From IMG/VR virus record IMGVR_UViG_3300037233_000021, positions 1-54,787 of that record: a stretch of 54,787 nucleotides of DNA, one strand, 5' to 3'. The translations under genes and the position numbers were made by a program. The notes below the pieces were generated by a model. The model had not been told where the DNA came from. It searched no databases and saw only the letters and a program-made list of their open reading frames with translations. The stretch is from a virus. Taxonomy: Duplodnaviria; Caudoviricetes. This document shows, one piece after another, positions 52,601-54,787 of this stretch (within the stretch, counting starts at the first letter, position 1; each line of letters opens with the position of its first letter).

Positions 52601-54787
52601 TCTTCACGTAGTCGTGCGCGCGGCGCAGGGCGGTCAGCGCGTCGTCGCGGTCCAGCGTGATCGGTAAGCCTTTGGATGCGGCCCACACCTTGACCCTGGA
52701 GATGACGCTGCCGACAGCTCCTCGCAAGCCTGTTGGGGTCGCAGCGCCACGCAACTCTGAGCCAGCGCCGTGAGCCAGCCACTCTTCAGCGGCGGCGCGT
52801 AGAGCTTCCATGCGCGTCACCGGGTCCATTGCGCCCTGAAGGTTAATTCCTTCGCGGGCAGCCATGCGCAAAATTGACGGCATCAAGGAGCCGTTGCGCA
52901 GGAAGCCGTCCATGAGGTTGCCGACGTCAGCGCCGAACGTGCGAGCGATACCGTCGTGACCGACGTTCTCCTGCACCAGGGTGTCCAGCGCTTCCTCGAC
53001 GCTCGTCATGTTGTTCTGAATCATGTAGATGTGGGTGCCGTCCGGCTCGCGCACATAGGCTGCCATGATCTTGTCTGTGAGACCTCGAAGCCCTGCCTCA
53101 GCCTGAACAGCGTGCGGTGTGTCCTCTATGGACTTCGCAAGGTGATGTTGTGCGGTAGGGAACATGGCCTGCGCATGCTTTAGTACCTCAGCGGACTTTT
53201 CGTCAGATAGTCCTTTACCGGCGTTTGTGGCAAACGGAGTTACCGCAAACTTTGTTGTGTCTAATGGCTCTCGGCGCATGAGCATGCTGTCGCGCGTGGA
53301 GCCGTCATCGACTTCTTTGAACCCCAGGCTCTCGTACCAGCGAACCAGCGGCTCGAAGCGGATGCCGTTGCGATCCATCGGGACTGCATTCAACTCAAGG
53401 GCAACACCGTGCTTGTCAGCCAGGCCGACGATGTCGGCCATTGCTTTTGTCCCGGCTCCTTCGCCAGGGTATATGGAGCGCACGCTTGACACGTACATGG
53501 TTCCACCATCGTAGGGATCAGAGACGACCCCGACCATGACGTTACCGTTGACCAATCTCTCCCCGATAGATCCTGGTATCTCGGGATACTTGGATTCAAG
53601 CTCCGCACGCATTGCGGAGGATGGTGCCTTACCGTCCTTTGCTCGCGGGGTGTTTCGGAACGGGTTTCTACTGATAGGGGCAACCACAAAGTGACTGGCC
53701 CCTGGTGGTAGCTCGGTGTTATCGACGTAGTCATGTGCATCCTCGTTTGAGCCGAATGTTAGCTCGCTGTGTGGACCTTCTACCTCGTCGCCTGCCTTGG
53801 TGTGAGCCACGACGTTGTAGTCGTAGTCCTCGCCTGGGCGCGAGGCGAACTTGACGGTCGATCCGCCAGACATCCGGTTCTCCAGGGCCGCTTTAATGTC
53901 CGCATCAGATATTGGCTGCCAGCTGTCTAGGTTTATCCCAGAAGTAGGCTCTCGCCCCTGGGACTTAGCGAGTGTTCCTTCGGCGTCCTCTAGGAGCTGC
54001 AGTACGCCCTGCAGGTCCGGTAGTTTGTCAGATGGCGTCAGACCGTCCATGTCAGTGAAGTCGCCGGTCAGAACGCGGTACACCGCGTCAGAGATATTCG
54101 TGTTGTACTCACGCGCGAAGTCCTGGTCTGGGATCGACACGCCGTTCTTTTCCAGGACCGCGCGCTGCATGCGGAACGCGACGTCCTCCCACTCCACGGC
54201 GCGCTGAGCTTCTGCCAGCGTGAGCGGACGTTGGTTGACCATCTTCTGCTTGCCAGCGCCACCGCGCTCGACCTGCATGGTCTGCCCGAGCCGACCGTAG
54301 CGGAAGCTGTCTCCGTACTTCGCCTGCATGAAGTGCTCTGTCAGTGCGTGTCCCAGCTCGTGACTGGTTCTCCACGCGCGCGTGTAGTCAGCGTCATGGA
54401 ACGAAGCCGCGCCGACGCGCGGATCGTAGAGCCACAGCTTGCCGCCCGTGTAGCCGTTCTTGCCGAGCTTCGGTAGGCGGAACTCGACGCCCTTACTTGG
54501 GTCGCTCGTGAAGCTGAACAGCTCTACCTCAAACCCCAATCGTTTCGCGAAGTCCGCGATCTGCGCGGGATTCTCCACAAGGCTCTTGAGGTCATACAGT
54601 TTCCCAGCTGGCCGGAGATCCGTTCCCAGCTTGCCGAATCTGCCGCGCACATCCTTCTGCAAGCCGCCCTTGTCGCCGGTTAACCGATCCAGGGATATTG
54701 GTGGTCCGAGTTTCCCATCTGAATCGGCAGACCCCTCAACGCTTCCCCGTTTGCCATGTTCGGTGCCAAGGCGCTCGGCGTACTTGG
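49644..54787 (-). CDS. Large polyvalent internal virion protein with C-terminal LPD38-like domain (5' end outside the window)
   Basis: Frame open to the window end; HELGH zincin motif, GNAT-like segment, YQELPD..VPKQFE..LVKPLAE LPD38-like motifs. Confidence 0.85.
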   Translation of the reverse strand, partial: KYAERLGTEHGKRGSVEGSADSDGKLGPPISLDRLTGDKGGLQKDVRGRFGKLGTDLRPAGKLYDLKSLVENPAQIADFAKRLGFEVELFSFTSDPSKGVEFRLPKLGKNGYTGGKLWLYDPRVGAASFHDADYTRAWRTSHELGHALTEHFMQAKYGDSFRYGRLGQTMQVERGGAGKQKMVNQRPLTLAEAQRAVEWEDVAFRMQRAVLEKNGVSIPDQDFAREYNTNISDAVYRVLTGDFTDMDGLTPSDKLPDLQGVLQLLEDAEGTLAKSQGREPTSGINLDSWQPISDADIKAALENRMSGGSTVKFASRPGEDYDYNVVAHTKAGDEVEGPHSELTFGSNEDAHDYVDNTELPPGASHFVVAPISRNPFRNTPRAKDGKAPSSAMRAELESKYPEIPGSIGERLVNGNVMVGVVSDPYDGGTMYVSSVRSIYPGEGAGTKAMADIVGLADKHGVALELNAVPMDRNGIRFEPLVRWYESLGFKEVDDGSTRDSMLMRREPLDTTKFAVTPFATNAGKGLSDEKSAEVLKHAQAMFPTAQHHLAKSIEDTPHAVQAEAGLRGLTDKIMAAYVREPDGTHIYMIQNNMTSVEEALDTLVQENVGHDGIARTFGADVGNLMDGFLRNGSLMPSILRMAAREGINLQGAMDPVTRMEALRAAAEEWLAHGAGSELRGAATPTGLRGAVGSVISRVKVWAASKGLPITLDRDDALTALRRAHDYVKNGSWAHRVSEARDAKEAASVKFAVVPPDAESIKRQNAKMGEQPKGPNTEGYKTRMTRTMNDVRSKWLIDSADQLYRIKQYEEDGKVPPAESGYISARLSTNVMPQIRTLMEWGGIKWTATAGFDPDKSMAPDIDTSVKPLNQIHAPLGNDPQMLRNFEWYQYGLRSNDLMKEGRENSLTQEDIADALSMAVRYPHFVQMQKDVAKLNKNVLDFAQAAGIIDGETRPMWESENYTPLYRVAEDTNVGPFASGALGSVKNPITRLKGGTQNVRDITGNMVQNWKALISAATKAHAARVAIDNITPHGLAIRQPDIVDAVMSPEGINAALEKMGVEPVGASSMAGVRQLLSMHQASRGDDTITIWRNGKKEIHKLFDPMLAQSFAALKNSPLASLSQVRGLKTAMGLFGGAKRGLTAAIVHTPVFWLRTLYKDNINAWVVSRGIMPVTPIVSAITGTIKAVTASDSFRRMSAAGASFNQGRNDPSDLNVGRKKYLTKSSWVGRQWQNYLNLTSSSENASRVTVYEKTLKTTASHKLAAFEARDIMDYAMRGASPLVHAIVETVPFWGAHSQGMYKTGRSMVSNSGAYAPTIGKKIVARTVLHSLDAAYAATLIKGGAIAFLASAALFHNLNNPAYQELPDLQRETSFNVYIGDHRFHVPKQFESGQIFGTFPEAIATAALSSNKGTIAKEQALFMFHSVMNGLNLNPTPQLVKPLAEVYGNSDWTNNGNPILTSFDQELAPSEQVGPRTSPTITAIARHMPFGGWMQSPKQLDFLVRAYSGMLGNYVLQTTDIMMRAAHMAPKSTDSIWRQLPVIGSLIPGQEGEPHTTRSLQELNRVMKAAAPIEATIRELEAQHDEEAQQRAQAMQDADPSEWVAEQSMGPVAKQIHASQKMQRQIMADPDMSAAEKKESVDELQKGINESAHETYEYRPGGIENKKVMLELSKATTMNDKAAILRANDMPHTASLFAQLSKRMPASVRAAIEEVA

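Noticed and set aside
1-54787. CRISPR array or mini-array
   Set aside because: No regularly spaced 25-45 bp direct repeats seen; the repeats found are coding or tRNA duplications
1-54787. Prophage boundary, integrase or host genes
   Set aside because: No recombinase, att duplication or bacterial housekeeping gene seen; the entire window is phage-like

Overview
The whole window is a large part of a tailed dsDNA phage genome (podovirus-type virion genes, GC-rich). The host is Gram-negative, since the phage encodes Rz/Rz1 spanins, lipoproteins and a beta-barrel-like protein. Both ends fall inside virion genes: a tail nozzle-like gene at the left and a large LPD38-type polyvalent protein at the right. 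The minus strand carries replication genes (initiator-like protein, primase-helicase), nucleases, TerS, a ~4.5 kb enzyme island, TerL, portal, GroES, scaffold, minor and major capsid, then adaptor, tail and tail-fibre genes, and a lysis cassette. The plus strand carries an ERF/YqaJ/SSB/exonuclease operon (41-47.4 kb) and an island of about 20 tiny ORFs behind repeated strong sigma70 promoters (8.9-13.6 kb). An ~11.6 kb block splits the head operon after the major capsid gene. It holds seven tRNA genes (several atypical), a tRNA-Gly acceptor-stem remnant and a candidate structured RNA. It also holds a processive GT2 synthase followed by a beta-barrel-like protein and twin membrane peptides (the best candidate for a new system), and several secreted or lipoprotein genes. 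No integrase, repressor, DNA polymerase, reverse transcriptase or CRISPR array is visible. All family calls come from motif recognition by eye, not database searches.
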